A DNA stretch of 63,951 bases, counting the filler. It is 4 parts of 4 records of this genome, joined end to end, with 100 filler letters (N's around TTAATTAATTAA, not from the genome) between each part and the next. Parts side by side here need not be neighbours in the genome. Positions count along the whole stretch, not along the records: positions 1 to 15,282 come from SRR22947727_3429; 3 more parts are not named here. One strand, 5' to 3'. The stretch's first letter is position 1; each line of letters starts with the position of its first letter. Position numbers and translations under genes: made by a program. Below the pieces are notes generated by a model that did not search any database, had not been told where the DNA came from, and saw nothing but the letters and a program-made list of their open reading frames with translations. Shown one piece after another: positions 1-8,912 of this stretch.

Positions 1-148
1 GACTGGCCTTTATTCAGACTGGCCTTTATTTATAGGTATCCGCGCCCGCCAATGCAAATGCTGTTCAGTGATGAAAGCGTTGTTTTCGGTGAAACAGATT
101 TTTGAGCTCAAAAATTCACGCATCTATGGCAAAAATTGAAAACAACAG

Positions 149-1123
149 CTAGCGCGGCGCGGCGGCGCGGCGAAGCCGGTCATTAATGGCCTCGCCAAGA
201 CCGATATCGGGAATGGGGGCAATAGCAATCTTGGCAATATCGGCAGCATCAACAGCATGCAGCATCGAAAACAGATTGGCCGCCGCTTCAACCAAATCGG
301 CTGAAGGGCTTAGGTTTAGGGCTAATTTACCTGCCCCGCTGACAGTGCCAAATCCGATTAATTCTTCATCGGCGGTGCTGGTTTTGGCCATCAGCCTTAC
401 CGCCGCCTTGGGCGCATAATGACTGGCAAACTGGCCGGGCGCAACCGGATTTTCGTGATCGGCCAATGGTTCTGCAATATCAATTTGCGGGTTACAATTT
501 GCCGCGGTTAAAGCTGCGGCTAGGGCTTCGCGCGTAATCCCGCCCGGGCGCAATAGGCGGGCAGCGTCGCCCGTACAATCGATAATGGTTGATTCAAGGC
601 CGGACTCGCATGACCCGCCATCAAGCACCAGATCCAGCCTGCCACCAAGCCCGTCCAAAACATGTTTGGCGGTGCTAGGGCTGATCCGGCCTGATGGGTT
701 GGCGCTTGGCGCAGCAATGGGTTTGCCAAAGGCTTGTAACAGCGTTTGCGCGCCGCGATGCGCCGGAACCCGAACCCCAACCTTGTCCAATCCGGCGGTG
801 GTGAGCATCGCCACAGGGCAATCATCATTGCGCTGCAAAATCAATGTCAGAGGGCCAGGCCAGAAAGCGGCGGCAAGGGCGGCGGCAATGGGGGTTTTTT
901 GACCAAGCGCAAAAGCGGCATCGGCCGACGCAACATGGCTTATCAATGGATTAAAGGCTGGTCGCTGTTTGGCCGCAAAAATACGCGCAACCGCAGCTGC
1001 ATTGGTGGCGTCAGCGCCAAGCCCATAAACCGTTTCGGTTGGAAAAGCGACAAGCTGTCCTGCCGCAAGAATTGTTACCGCCTTGGCAATGCTCTGATCG
1101 GAAATGGCAAGGCAGGCTGTCAT
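149..1123 (-). CDS. tsaC: Sua5-type L-threonylcarbamoyladenylate synthase
   Basis: VAFPTETVYGLG, KQRPAFNPLI and APSANPSG motifs, plus C-terminal Sua5 domain (APGQFASHYAP). Confidence 0.95.
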   Translation of the reverse strand: MTACLAISDQSIAKAVTILAAGQLVAFPTETVYGLGADATNAAAVARIFAAKQRPAFNPLISHVASADAAFALGQKTPIAAALAAAFWPGPLTLILQRNDDCPVAMLTTAGLDKVGVRVPAHRGAQTLLQAFGKPIAAPSANPSGRISPSTAKHVLDGLGGRLDLVLDGGSCESGLESTIIDCTGDAARLLRPGGITREALAAALTAANCNPQIDIAEPLADHENPVAPGQFASHYAPKAAVRLMAKTSTADEELIGFGTVSGAGKLALNLSPSADLVEAAANLFSMLHAVDAADIAKIAIAPIPDIGLGEAINDRLRRAAAPR

Positions 1124-1306
1124 GGTACGAAATGGGGCCCTTGGTTTGCTGGTTTGGCAATGCGCGGCATCATTGCGCCGGATCGCGGTGATTTCTGTCT
1201 AGTGATACAACATGATTGATGGCTCGCCTAGTCGTCAGTTTCGCGCTAAACTGTTGGCTTGGCGAGCGATCGCGTCAGAATTTTCACGATAAGGGTAAGA
1301 TGCATT

Positions 1307-1975
1307 ATGTGCGGACGCTTTACCAGCACGGCAACAACAGACGAATTAATGCGCCGTTTTGGCGTTACGATTTTGCAAAATCTGCGCCCGCGCTGGAATA
1401 TTGCGCCAAGCCAGAATAGCATGGTTCTTGTTCGCGATGGTCTTCATCTTCAGGCCAAAATCGCCGCATGGGGGCTGCCACCGACAGGGCCAAACAAAAG
1501 TTTTCTGATCAATGCCCGTATGGAAACAGTGCGGGAAAAACCAACCTTTCGCGATGCTTTTTCACTGTCACGCTGCATTGTGGTGGCAAGCGGCTGGTAT
1601 GAATGGTCAGCGCCAAAAACCCCTTGGCATATTCAGCTATCTGATGGCGGTGTTATGGCGATGGCCGGGTTATTGTTTCAGCAGGGTTCGCAATCACGCT
1701 TTGTGATTATGACCAGCGCCGCCGATGGCAAGCTGGCTGAAATTCACCATCGCCAGCCGCTTGTGCTTGCTGCGGGTATTGAAATGCAATGGCTTGGCGA
1801 AACCGCCGATCAGGCTGCAAACTATTGTGAAATTGCACCGGCTAGCTGGTTTAACTGTTATCGGGTTGCGCCTGATGTTGGCAAGGCGGGGATAGACCAT
1901 CCGGGGCTGGTGACACCGCTTGAAGGTGATGCGCTTTTGCCAGCAAAGCCGGATCAAGGCGATTTATTCGGTTAG
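1307..1975 (+). CDS. SOS response-associated peptidase (SRAP/YedK/HMCES family)
   Basis: Start reset to ATG 1307, giving the MCGRF N-terminus with catalytic Cys2; NARMET, GWYEW and IHHRQP motifs. Confidence 0.93.
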   Translation: MCGRFTSTATTDELMRRFGVTILQNLRPRWNIAPSQNSMVLVRDGLHLQAKIAAWGLPPTGPNKSFLINARMETVREKPTFRDAFSLSRCIVVASGWYEWSAPKTPWHIQLSDGGVMAMAGLLFQQGSQSRFVIMTSAADGKLAEIHHRQPLVLAAGIEMQWLGETADQAANYCEIAPASWFNCYRVAPDVGKAGIDHPGLVTPLEGDALLPAKPDQGDLFG

Positions 1976-2616
1976 ATTTCGTCGATTGTGGTTTTGCGAA
2001 CCAGAATGCCGTAAATATGCCAAAGCATCATCGCGCCCGCGCCGCGATGGGGACGCCATGCCTCACCAAGCGTTTCCAGCATTTTGCCATTTGGCCGTTC
2101 ATCCAATGATTTTAGTCGTTTCATGCCTTCTTGCAAGGCAATGTCATTGGCTGGCCACGCATCCATGTCGCCAAGCGCGAAAAGCCGGAAATTATCGGCT
2201 GTCCATGCGCCAATGCCGCGTATTTCGACAAGCCGTTTTTGAACATCCTCGCCGCTCATCTTGGCCAATGCCGCCAGATCAAGCCGCCCTGATTGGATTT
2301 CATCTGCAATGCCAATCAAATATTCGGCTTTTCGCCGTGACAGGCCGAAGGGCATTAAATCATCGGGTTGTTTGGCGGCAATGATGGGGGCGTTGCTATG
2401 GTCTTGGTCGCGCATGCGGGTCCAGATTGCGCTGGCGGCGGCGCGTGATATCTGTTGACCGATAATGGATCGTGCCAAAGTTTCGAAGCTAGCGGGAAGC
2501 GACCGGTCGGGTGGCGGGCCAAAGCGTGACAGCGCAGAGGCAATATCGGCATCAATTGCGGCAAGCTGATCAAGCGCCCCACCCGAAGACAAAAGTTTCT
2601 GCTGCATGATTGTCAT
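1972..2616 (-). CDS. DNA-3-methyladenine glycosylase II (AlkA-like, HhH-GPD)
   Basis: IIGQQIS and GLSRRKAEY motifs; HhH motif LVEIRGIGAWTA; WPANDIAL; WRPHR. Confidence 0.9.
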   Translation of the reverse strand: MTIMQQKLLSSGGALDQLAAIDADIASALSRFGPPPDRSLPASFETLARSIIGQQISRAAASAIWTRMRDQDHSNAPIIAAKQPDDLMPFGLSRRKAEYLIGIADEIQSGRLDLAALAKMSGEDVQKRLVEIRGIGAWTADNFRLFALGDMDAWPANDIALQEGMKRLKSLDERPNGKMLETLGEAWRPHRGAGAMMLWHIYGILVRKTTIDEI

Positions 2617-2774
2617 AAACAAAATCTATCAGGCTTCACCAACGCATGCCAGATTTCAGTGAATCTCCGCTGATTATAAATGGCAAGATATACGGGGCGA
2701 AAAAGGATTGCTTTGTCAATCTTATCCTGTGATAGGGTTGAAACAACAAACAATTTGGCAAATGGAGAGATGAC

Positions 2775-3437
2775 ATGATTGTGTGGGATTTTCCTTTGCG
2801 CCTGTTTCATTGGAGTCTTTTTATTTGTGTCGTTGGCGCAATTATTTCGGCTAAAATCGAGGTTCTTTGGGTTCATGAACGATTTGGTCTGGCGGTTCTA
2901 GGGCTTGTGACATTTCGCATTTTTTGGGGGTTTCTTGGCGGTCATTATGCACGGTTCAGCCAGTTTCTGCGATCGCCAAAGGCGGCGTTGAACGGATTGA
3001 AAACGCTGTTTCGGCCTGATCCTGTCGCAAAATCTGGCCATAGCGCCCTTGGCAGTTATGCGGTTTTAGGGCTGCTTGGCATTCCGCTGTTGATGGCGGT
3101 TACCGGCACCATGTCAAATGATGATATTTTGTTTGAGGGGCCGCTAGCGCATCTGGTGCCAAATTTGACCGATAAAATTGCCGATGTGCATCATTTCTCA
3201 GAAAGGTTTTTGTTTCTGATCATTGTTTTACATATTGCCGCTATTTTGATTTATAAATTCAAGAAAAAGCGCAATTTGACGATGGTCATGGTGCAAGGCA
3301 AATCCAAAACCGCCGATACAGCGCTTGAACAAGATGGCGGTATTTCAGCCAAACATAGTTTTTTTGGATTTATCTTGATGGTGGCGTTTGTCGCTGCGGC
3401 ACAATCGCTTACCCTATTGCGGCCATCCTTGTTTTAA
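2775..3437 (+). CDS. Cytochrome b/b6-domain membrane protein (b561-like)
   Basis: VWDFPLRLFHW and FRIFWGFLG motifs, multiple TM segments, heme-ligating histidines. Confidence 0.88.
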   Translation: MIVWDFPLRLFHWSLFICVVGAIISAKIEVLWVHERFGLAVLGLVTFRIFWGFLGGHYARFSQFLRSPKAALNGLKTLFRPDPVAKSGHSALGSYAVLGLLGIPLLMAVTGTMSNDDILFEGPLAHLVPNLTDKIADVHHFSERFLFLIIVLHIAAILIYKFKKKRNLTMVMVQGKSKTADTALEQDGGISAKHSFFGFILMVAFVAAAQSLTLLRPSLF

Positions 3438-3496
3438 CCAGCACCCTTGGTTTTTCCATGCAAAGGTTTATCCACGCAAAACCCAATTTTGACGGT

Positions 3497-3979
3497 CTAG
3501 TCTTTGAAATTGGAATGGCAGGATTTGCAGCTTGCCCCCAGATTTTTCAGCCCTGCCATCATGGCGCCCCGATCGCCTGACTTGGCGGCGGTGACAAGGG
3601 TTAGCGCGGCGCTTTCATTGGCTTTGGCCTTGGCTTTAAAGGCGTCAAATTCAAACCAGATTTCGGCGCGCGCCTTGGTGTCACCTGAATCGCTTCCTTC
3701 GGGAAAATAGCTTGGAATTTTGCTTGCCCAGCTTGCAATCCCTTTGGCATGGCTGATCACGGTTTGGTAATCGCCACTCCCAATGGCGGCGGCGATGGCC
3801 TTCATCGAATCAGCATTGCGCTTAAATCCGGCTTTGCGGTCAGCGATGATATCGGCATTGGCGGTGCCAAATCCGGTGGCGACAAGGCAAACGACAAGCG
3901 TTGCACAAATTCGTGATAAAGATTTGGGCGTAAGGGCGGCAGTGAATCTCAGATGTTTCGGATTTGATTGCGAGGTCAT
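3497..3979 (-). CDS. Cytochrome c' / c556 (class II cytochrome c)
   Basis: Signal peptide, helical Ala-rich body, TKARAEIW, C-terminal CKSCH. Confidence 0.9.
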   Translation of the reverse strand: MTSQSNPKHLRFTAALTPKSLSRICATLVVCLVATGFGTANADIIADRKAGFKRNADSMKAIAAAIGSGDYQTVISHAKGIASWASKIPSYFPEGSDSGDTKARAEIWFEFDAFKAKAKANESAALTLVTAAKSGDRGAMMAGLKNLGASCKSCHSNFKD

Positions 3980-4191
3980 GTTGCGCGCTCCTTGGTTGGT
4001 TTTACCTTAATATTATAGAAAGGATAAACACTGTTGGGGAAAAGAAAAGATGTGCTTTTGCATAAATTACGATAGAACCAGAAATGATCAATGCTGACGG
4101 CCTCTGCCGAGGTTAGGCGCGTTCTTGTGCAAAATTGAAACGGTTTAAAAGCGTTCAATTATCAGCAGTTCAAATGTAAAGCTACAGAAAG

Positions 4192-5088
4192 TTGGTTCGC
4201 TTGCCTCGGTCATTAATGGGTGTGTTTCTAAGTCTGCTCGCGGTTATTTTCGGCGTGCTAACCGGTGTCCTGATCAAAAAACTAGGCTCGGATATCAATA
4301 TTATCACCACTTTATTTTACCGGTTCCTATTCTCGCTTCCGATTTTATTCCTCTATGCCATTTATCTTCGTGGCCGTGATTTCTTGCAAATTAATCAACG
4401 CAGAATTCTGTTTTTTCGCAGCCTTCTCGGTCTTTGTGGCATTACCTTTTGGTTTTTATCAATCCGGTCTATGCCGCTTGGCATGGCAACAGCGCTGTTT
4501 CAAAGTTCGGTTATTTTCATCACGCTGTTAGCGCCGATTTTTCTGGGTGAAAAAGTAGGGATTTACCGTTGGACGGCGGTTATTGCTGGTTTGGCAGGGG
4601 TGGTCATTATCACCGACCCGTTTGCGGGCGCGATGTCATGGTATGCGCTTTATGGCATTGGTGCTGCGCTTGTCGGGGCTGGCCTGTCCTTGATGCTGCG
4701 CCAGCTTGGCAAAGGCGACGCGCCTGCATCGGTGGCGGCTTGGTATAATTTGGCCGGATTTGGTGTTTTGAGCGTTGTCGTGATGGTTTTACCCGATCAG
4801 ATGCAATCAATTAGCCAGTCAGTCCTGATTGACCTTGTGATTCTTGGGGTGATCGGATCAGCGTTGCAAATTGTGATGACAACCGCCTATCTCTATTCGG
4901 ATGCGGTTGTGGTAGCGTCGATGCGTTATGTGCAGATGCCAATTTCGGGGATTGTTGGTTATTTTGTTTTTGCCGAAATCATGTCGGCAAGTGAAATTAT
5001 TGGCGCGCTTGTTATTATTGCTAGCTGTCTTGTGATTGCATGGCGCGAACTTGTGCGTACGCGCGAGGTCAATCAACCGGGGATCTAG
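4192..5088 (+). CDS. DMT/EamA family transporter
   Basis: About 10 TM segments, LAPIFLGEKVG motif, two EamA repeats; start uncertain. Confidence 0.88.
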   Translation: MVRLPRSLMGVFLSLLAVIFGVLTGVLIKKLGSDINIITTLFYRFLFSLPILFLYAIYLRGRDFLQINQRRILFFRSLLGLCGITFWFLSIRSMPLGMATALFQSSVIFITLLAPIFLGEKVGIYRWTAVIAGLAGVVIITDPFAGAMSWYALYGIGAALVGAGLSLMLRQLGKGDAPASVAAWYNLAGFGVLSVVVMVLPDQMQSISQSVLIDLVILGVIGSALQIVMTTAYLYSDAVVVASMRYVQMPISGIVGYFVFAEIMSASEIIGALVIIASCLVIAWRELVRTREVNQPGI

Positions 5089-5168
5089 GGCAAACCCGAT
5101 GAAAAATTGGCGTCATGTCATGCGATGGCGGCGATGAAAGGCTTGTTCTTTTGCGAAAACCCAAGTAA

Positions 5169-5200
5169 ACCCGCGCGATTGAGTACACCCGCGCGATTGA
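5169..5200. repeat. Perfect 14-bp direct repeat ACCCGCGCGATTGA x2 (18-bp period)
   Basis: Copies at 5169-5182 and 5187-5200, just upstream of the 5239 ORF. Confidence 0.85.
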
Positions 5201-5238
5201 CGGCGTCGTATCTGTATCAAAATTGATCTGGGAATAAA

Positions 5239-5775
5239 TTGATGGCTGACCAAAAAACACTTATCCGCATCATGGGCGAAAGCGACATTGTTGATGTAAC
5301 CATGACCCGCAAGGCAGCAAGCCATGCATTGCTGATGGGGCTGGACGCTGCCGATAAGATTAACCTTCTTGGACATTGGATGGATCAGGATCGCGGCGCT
5401 GAATTGGCGGCTGATCAAAATCATCTTGAAGCGATGACCATCATTGCCACTGAGATTATTGCCAGTAAAGCCACGGCCGGCAGCGCGCTTGCGTCCCAGT
5501 TTGAGGCAGGTGCCAATTTTGTGCTTCTAACCTTGTTGCGCGAAAAATGGCCAGTTGGGTCAAAGGCAAAATTCAAGACCATTGCCGACCGCGTGAAGGC
5601 TGATCATACCTATCTTGCGCATATTTGCGCAGCGGCCAAGCTGGATGATCTTGATGATGAAGATTCCTTAAAACAGGAAGAAACCCGCCAATTATCCCTA
5701 TCGCTTGCTTTTTACAAAGCCAACCGTCGCCGTTTTGCCAATAGCAGTGCGGTTCAAGGGCTGATTAAAGGCTAA
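5239..5775 (+). CDS. Hypothetical protein
   Basis: 178-aa ORF filling the gap, with composition like its neighbours; no motif recognised. Confidence 0.75.
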   Translation: MMADQKTLIRIMGESDIVDVTMTRKAASHALLMGLDAADKINLLGHWMDQDRGAELAADQNHLEAMTIIATEIIASKATAGSALASQFEAGANFVLLTLLREKWPVGSKAKFKTIADRVKADHTYLAHICAAAKLDDLDDEDSLKQEETRQLSLSLAFYKANRRRFANSSAVQGLIKG

Positions 5776-7766
5776 TCTGGCTTTTGCAATTCAGGTAAAG
5801 CCTCGAAAAAAGCCAGCGCTTCGGCATTTGCCAAGGCTTCGGTGTTTTTAATCGCCCGACCATGAATGACATCACGAACGGCAAGTTCGGTTATTTTACC
5901 CGAACGCGTGCGCGGAATATCAGGAACAGCGATGATGGCAGCAGGCACATGGCGAGGCGTTGCACCAGCGCGAATGGCCAGGCAGATGGCGCGCCGCAAA
6001 TCATCATCAAGATTGGCACCATCGGCCATCCGCACAAACAGGATAACTCTGACATCATCTTGCCAATCCTGACCAATGACCAGCGCTTCGGTGATTGCAT
6101 CAAATGCTTCGACCTGACGGTAAATTTCGGCCGTGCCAATGCGAACACCGCCCGGGTTTAAGGTGGCGTCAGACCGGCCATGAATGATCATGCCGCCGCG
6201 CGCAGTCATGGTGCCCCAATCGCCATGCCGCCATATGCCCTGAAAATGCTCAAAATAGGCAGCTTTATATTTGCTGCCATCAGGATCATTCCAGAACTTT
6301 ACCGGCATTGCAGGGAAAGGCGCGGTGCAGCAAAGCTCGCCTTGTTTGCCGATAAGGCTGGTTCCATCTTCGTCCAGAACATCGGTTTTCATGCCAAGGC
6401 CGCGGGTTTGAATTTCACCGGCAAAAACCGGTTGAACCGGACAGCCAAGAACAAAACATGACACAATATCGGTGCCACCGGAAATTGAACATAGCTGCAG
6501 GTCGGGTTTGATTTTGTCATAAACAAAGGCAAAACCGTCAGATGAGAGCGGCGACCCGGTTGATAATAATGCCCGTAGCGCGCCAAGACGAACCTGATCA
6601 CGCGGCACATAGCTTGAATTGCGAACAGCATCGATATATTTTGCCGACGTGCCGAAAATGGCAATATTTTCGGTTTCGGCCAGTTCCCACAATCGGGCTG
6701 GTCCCGGGTGAAATGGGTTGCCTTCAAACAACACCACTTTTGCCTTGATCGCCAAGGCCGATACAAGCCAATTCCACATCATCCATCCGCAAGTGGTGAA
6801 ATAGAACATGGCGTCACCCGCGCCCAAATCACCATGAAGGCGATGTTCTTTGATATGCTGGATCAAGGTGCCGCCAACGCCGTGAACAATGCATTTTGGC
6901 GCACCGGTTGTGCCGCTTGAATAGAGAATATAAAGCGGATCATTAAAACCGACTCGCACGAAAGCGCTAACCGGTTTGGCGCTTGCAATTGCATCGTCAA
7001 AAAGGGTGGTATTGGCGATGGCGCGGCAATCCGGCGCATCGCAAAGATAGGGAAGGATTAAAACTGCCTCAAGCGTTGGCAATTGGGCGGTAAGATCGGC
7101 AATCAGCGGCATCCGGTCAATCTTTTTGCCTCCGTAAAGATAGCCATCGCAGGCCATTAACAGCTTTGGTTCAATTTGGCCAAACCGATCAACCGCACCA
7201 GCTAATCCGAAATCGGGCGAACAGCTGGAATAGACTGCGCCAATGGTTGCGCTTGCTAGCATCGTGATCACTGCTTCGGCCGCATTTGGCGTGTAGGCGG
7301 CAACGCGGTCACCTTGGCCAACTCCCTTGGCACGCATCCAGCCGGCAAGCGCCATAACTTTTTGTTTCAGCTCGGCACGGCTAAGCGCGAGATGACGGCC
7401 ATCTTCGCCATAGGCGCTGATCGCAGGGCGGTCATCAGCCTCGGCCAAAAGATTTTCGGCAAAATTGATTTTGGCATCGGGAAAAAACTGGGCACCGGGC
7501 ATCGCGGTTTCATCGATCAGGATGCGTGATCCCATATCGCCAATCATGCCATGCCATTGCCACAGGCTTTGCCAGAAATCAGGCATTGAATCGATTGACC
7601 ATTGCCATAAGGCTTGGAAATCACCGCCCCAGTCAAAGCCATGATTGGCAGCGATAAACCGCCCGAAATCTTGCAATTGTGCCTGTTCGATCGCCTCGTC
7701 TGTTGGTTGCCAAAGACAGGTGCCAAGCGCGGTTGATTGCGGCGATGATGAAGGTTGTTCGGCCAT
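5772..7766 (-). CDS. Acetoacetate--CoA ligase
   Basis: YILYSSGTTGAPKCIVH, FYFTTCGWMMWNWL, SISGGTD, GRSDATLNPGGVRIGTAEIY, RTRSGKITE; start set at MAEQ. Confidence 0.95.
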   Translation of the reverse strand: MAEQPSSSPQSTALGTCLWQPTDEAIEQAQLQDFGRFIAANHGFDWGGDFQALWQWSIDSMPDFWQSLWQWHGMIGDMGSRILIDETAMPGAQFFPDAKINFAENLLAEADDRPAISAYGEDGRHLALSRAELKQKVMALAGWMRAKGVGQGDRVAAYTPNAAEAVITMLASATIGAVYSSCSPDFGLAGAVDRFGQIEPKLLMACDGYLYGGKKIDRMPLIADLTAQLPTLEAVLILPYLCDAPDCRAIANTTLFDDAIASAKPVSAFVRVGFNDPLYILYSSGTTGAPKCIVHGVGGTLIQHIKEHRLHGDLGAGDAMFYFTTCGWMMWNWLVSALAIKAKVVLFEGNPFHPGPARLWELAETENIAIFGTSAKYIDAVRNSSYVPRDQVRLGALRALLSTGSPLSSDGFAFVYDKIKPDLQLCSISGGTDIVSCFVLGCPVQPVFAGEIQTRGLGMKTDVLDEDGTSLIGKQGELCCTAPFPAMPVKFWNDPDGSKYKAAYFEHFQGIWRHGDWGTMTARGGMIIHGRSDATLNPGGVRIGTAEIYRQVEAFDAITEALVIGQDWQDDVRVILFVRMADGANLDDDLRRAICLAIRAGATPRHVPAAIIAVPDIPRTRSGKITELAVRDVIHGRAIKNTEALANAEALAFFEALPELQKPD

Positions 7767-7950
7767 TGATGAAACCCAAGAAAAAAGACAATGATCACGG
7801 CAAATGATCACATTGGTGATGCACCCGAAATTTCGGGTTAGGCCTCAGCTTATCGTGACCGGTTGCATGGCGCAATGATTGCCGCAGTTTGATGCGGTAT
7901 AGACGCCAGACGCTATGCTAGACGATACGCCAAATTGAAGAGCGCAAAAA

Positions 7951-8020
7951 GTAACGGCGTAAAATTATCGGCGCGAAACTATCGGCGCGAAAGGATGGCC
8001 GCGAAAGGATGGGCGCGTTT
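7951..8020. repeat. Degenerate 14-bp tandem repeat, about 5 copies
   Basis: gtaacggcgtaaaa / ttatcggcgcgaaa / ctatcggcgcgaaa / ggatggccgcgaaa / ggatgggcgcgttt. Confidence 0.75.
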
Positions 8021-8240
8021 GCCTTTGCTCTGGAATATTGGATGCCTCATGCCGGCTGCCATGTCTTAAAAAAACGCCGCAATAGCAGTCAAATGGCAAT
8101 CTATAATTGTTTTTCCTGATTGAATAGGCGCAATTCATCACCGGTAAGATGCAGATTTTAGGGCCACCCAAAAGGGTTATATCTCTGCATAATAGAAAAA
8201 CACTTTGCGGAATGATATTTCTCAATAATTCGTTAATTTA

Positions 8241-8255
8241 TGATAAGATTTATCA
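8241..8255. promoter_or_regulatory. Palindromic operator candidate TGATAAGATTTATCA
   Basis: Near-perfect inverted repeat in an AT-rich region about 90 bp upstream of ORF 8344. Confidence 0.35.
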
Positions 8256-8343
8256 CCAAAGAGATATTGTTTTTGCCATCAGCGACGCCCTGAAAATCGT
8301 GCTGCCGGCTCACAAATCATCTCGCCTAGGAGTTTGACCAGAG

Positions 8344-8799
8344 ATGCAACCCAGCACGAAATCGCAAATCCGCCATATCATGTCAGACTTTGGCGAAACC
8401 AAACATCATCTTTTGCATGATCGGGTTGTTGCGCTTGCCGCAAGCCGATGGATGATGCCGGTAAATGACAATGCCATCATTCAGATCGAATTGCTGCATA
8501 ATGCCAATCAGGCGCTTTTGTCCAGTACGGTTGCCCGCGATGGCAGCGGCCCGTTAAAGGCATCTTTTTTGACGATGCTACTTCTTGAATATACGATTGC
8601 CCATGCGCAGCGTCCGTTTGGCATTTGTTCGGGGGCGGCAACGGTGACCTTGCACCGTTTTATCAACCTTGATGCGCTTTCAACGGATCAACTGGCTTTG
8701 GCCATTGCCAATTTTGCCAGCCTCAACGATGTTATTTTTGCCGACTATATGTCGCCGCCAATTGCAGAACCTTTGGCCGATAAACGCTATAGCATCTAA
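8344..8799 (+). CDS. Hypothetical protein, possible CesT/type III chaperone-like fold
   Basis: RBS AGGAG upstream; 151 aa; helix/strand pattern with a C-terminal amphipathic helix (LDALSTDQLALAIANF). Confidence 0.6.
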   Translation: MQPSTKSQIRHIMSDFGETKHHLLHDRVVALAASRWMMPVNDNAIIQIELLHNANQALLSSTVARDGSGPLKASFLTMLLLEYTIAHAQRPFGICSGAATVTLHRFINLDALSTDQLALAIANFASLNDVIFADYMSPPIAEPLADKRYSI

Positions 8800-8912
8800 T
8801 ACGCGGTGTGATGGCTTGGGAATCATCTTGAACTTGGCGGCTGAATGCGCGACAAGATTGTTAGATAGAGGCATATCCTCATCGCAATCCAACCGGCAGC
8901 TAAAGGCAAGAA

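Noticed and set aside
7951-8020. CRISPR array
   Set aside because: Contiguous 14-bp units with no spacers and no cas genes
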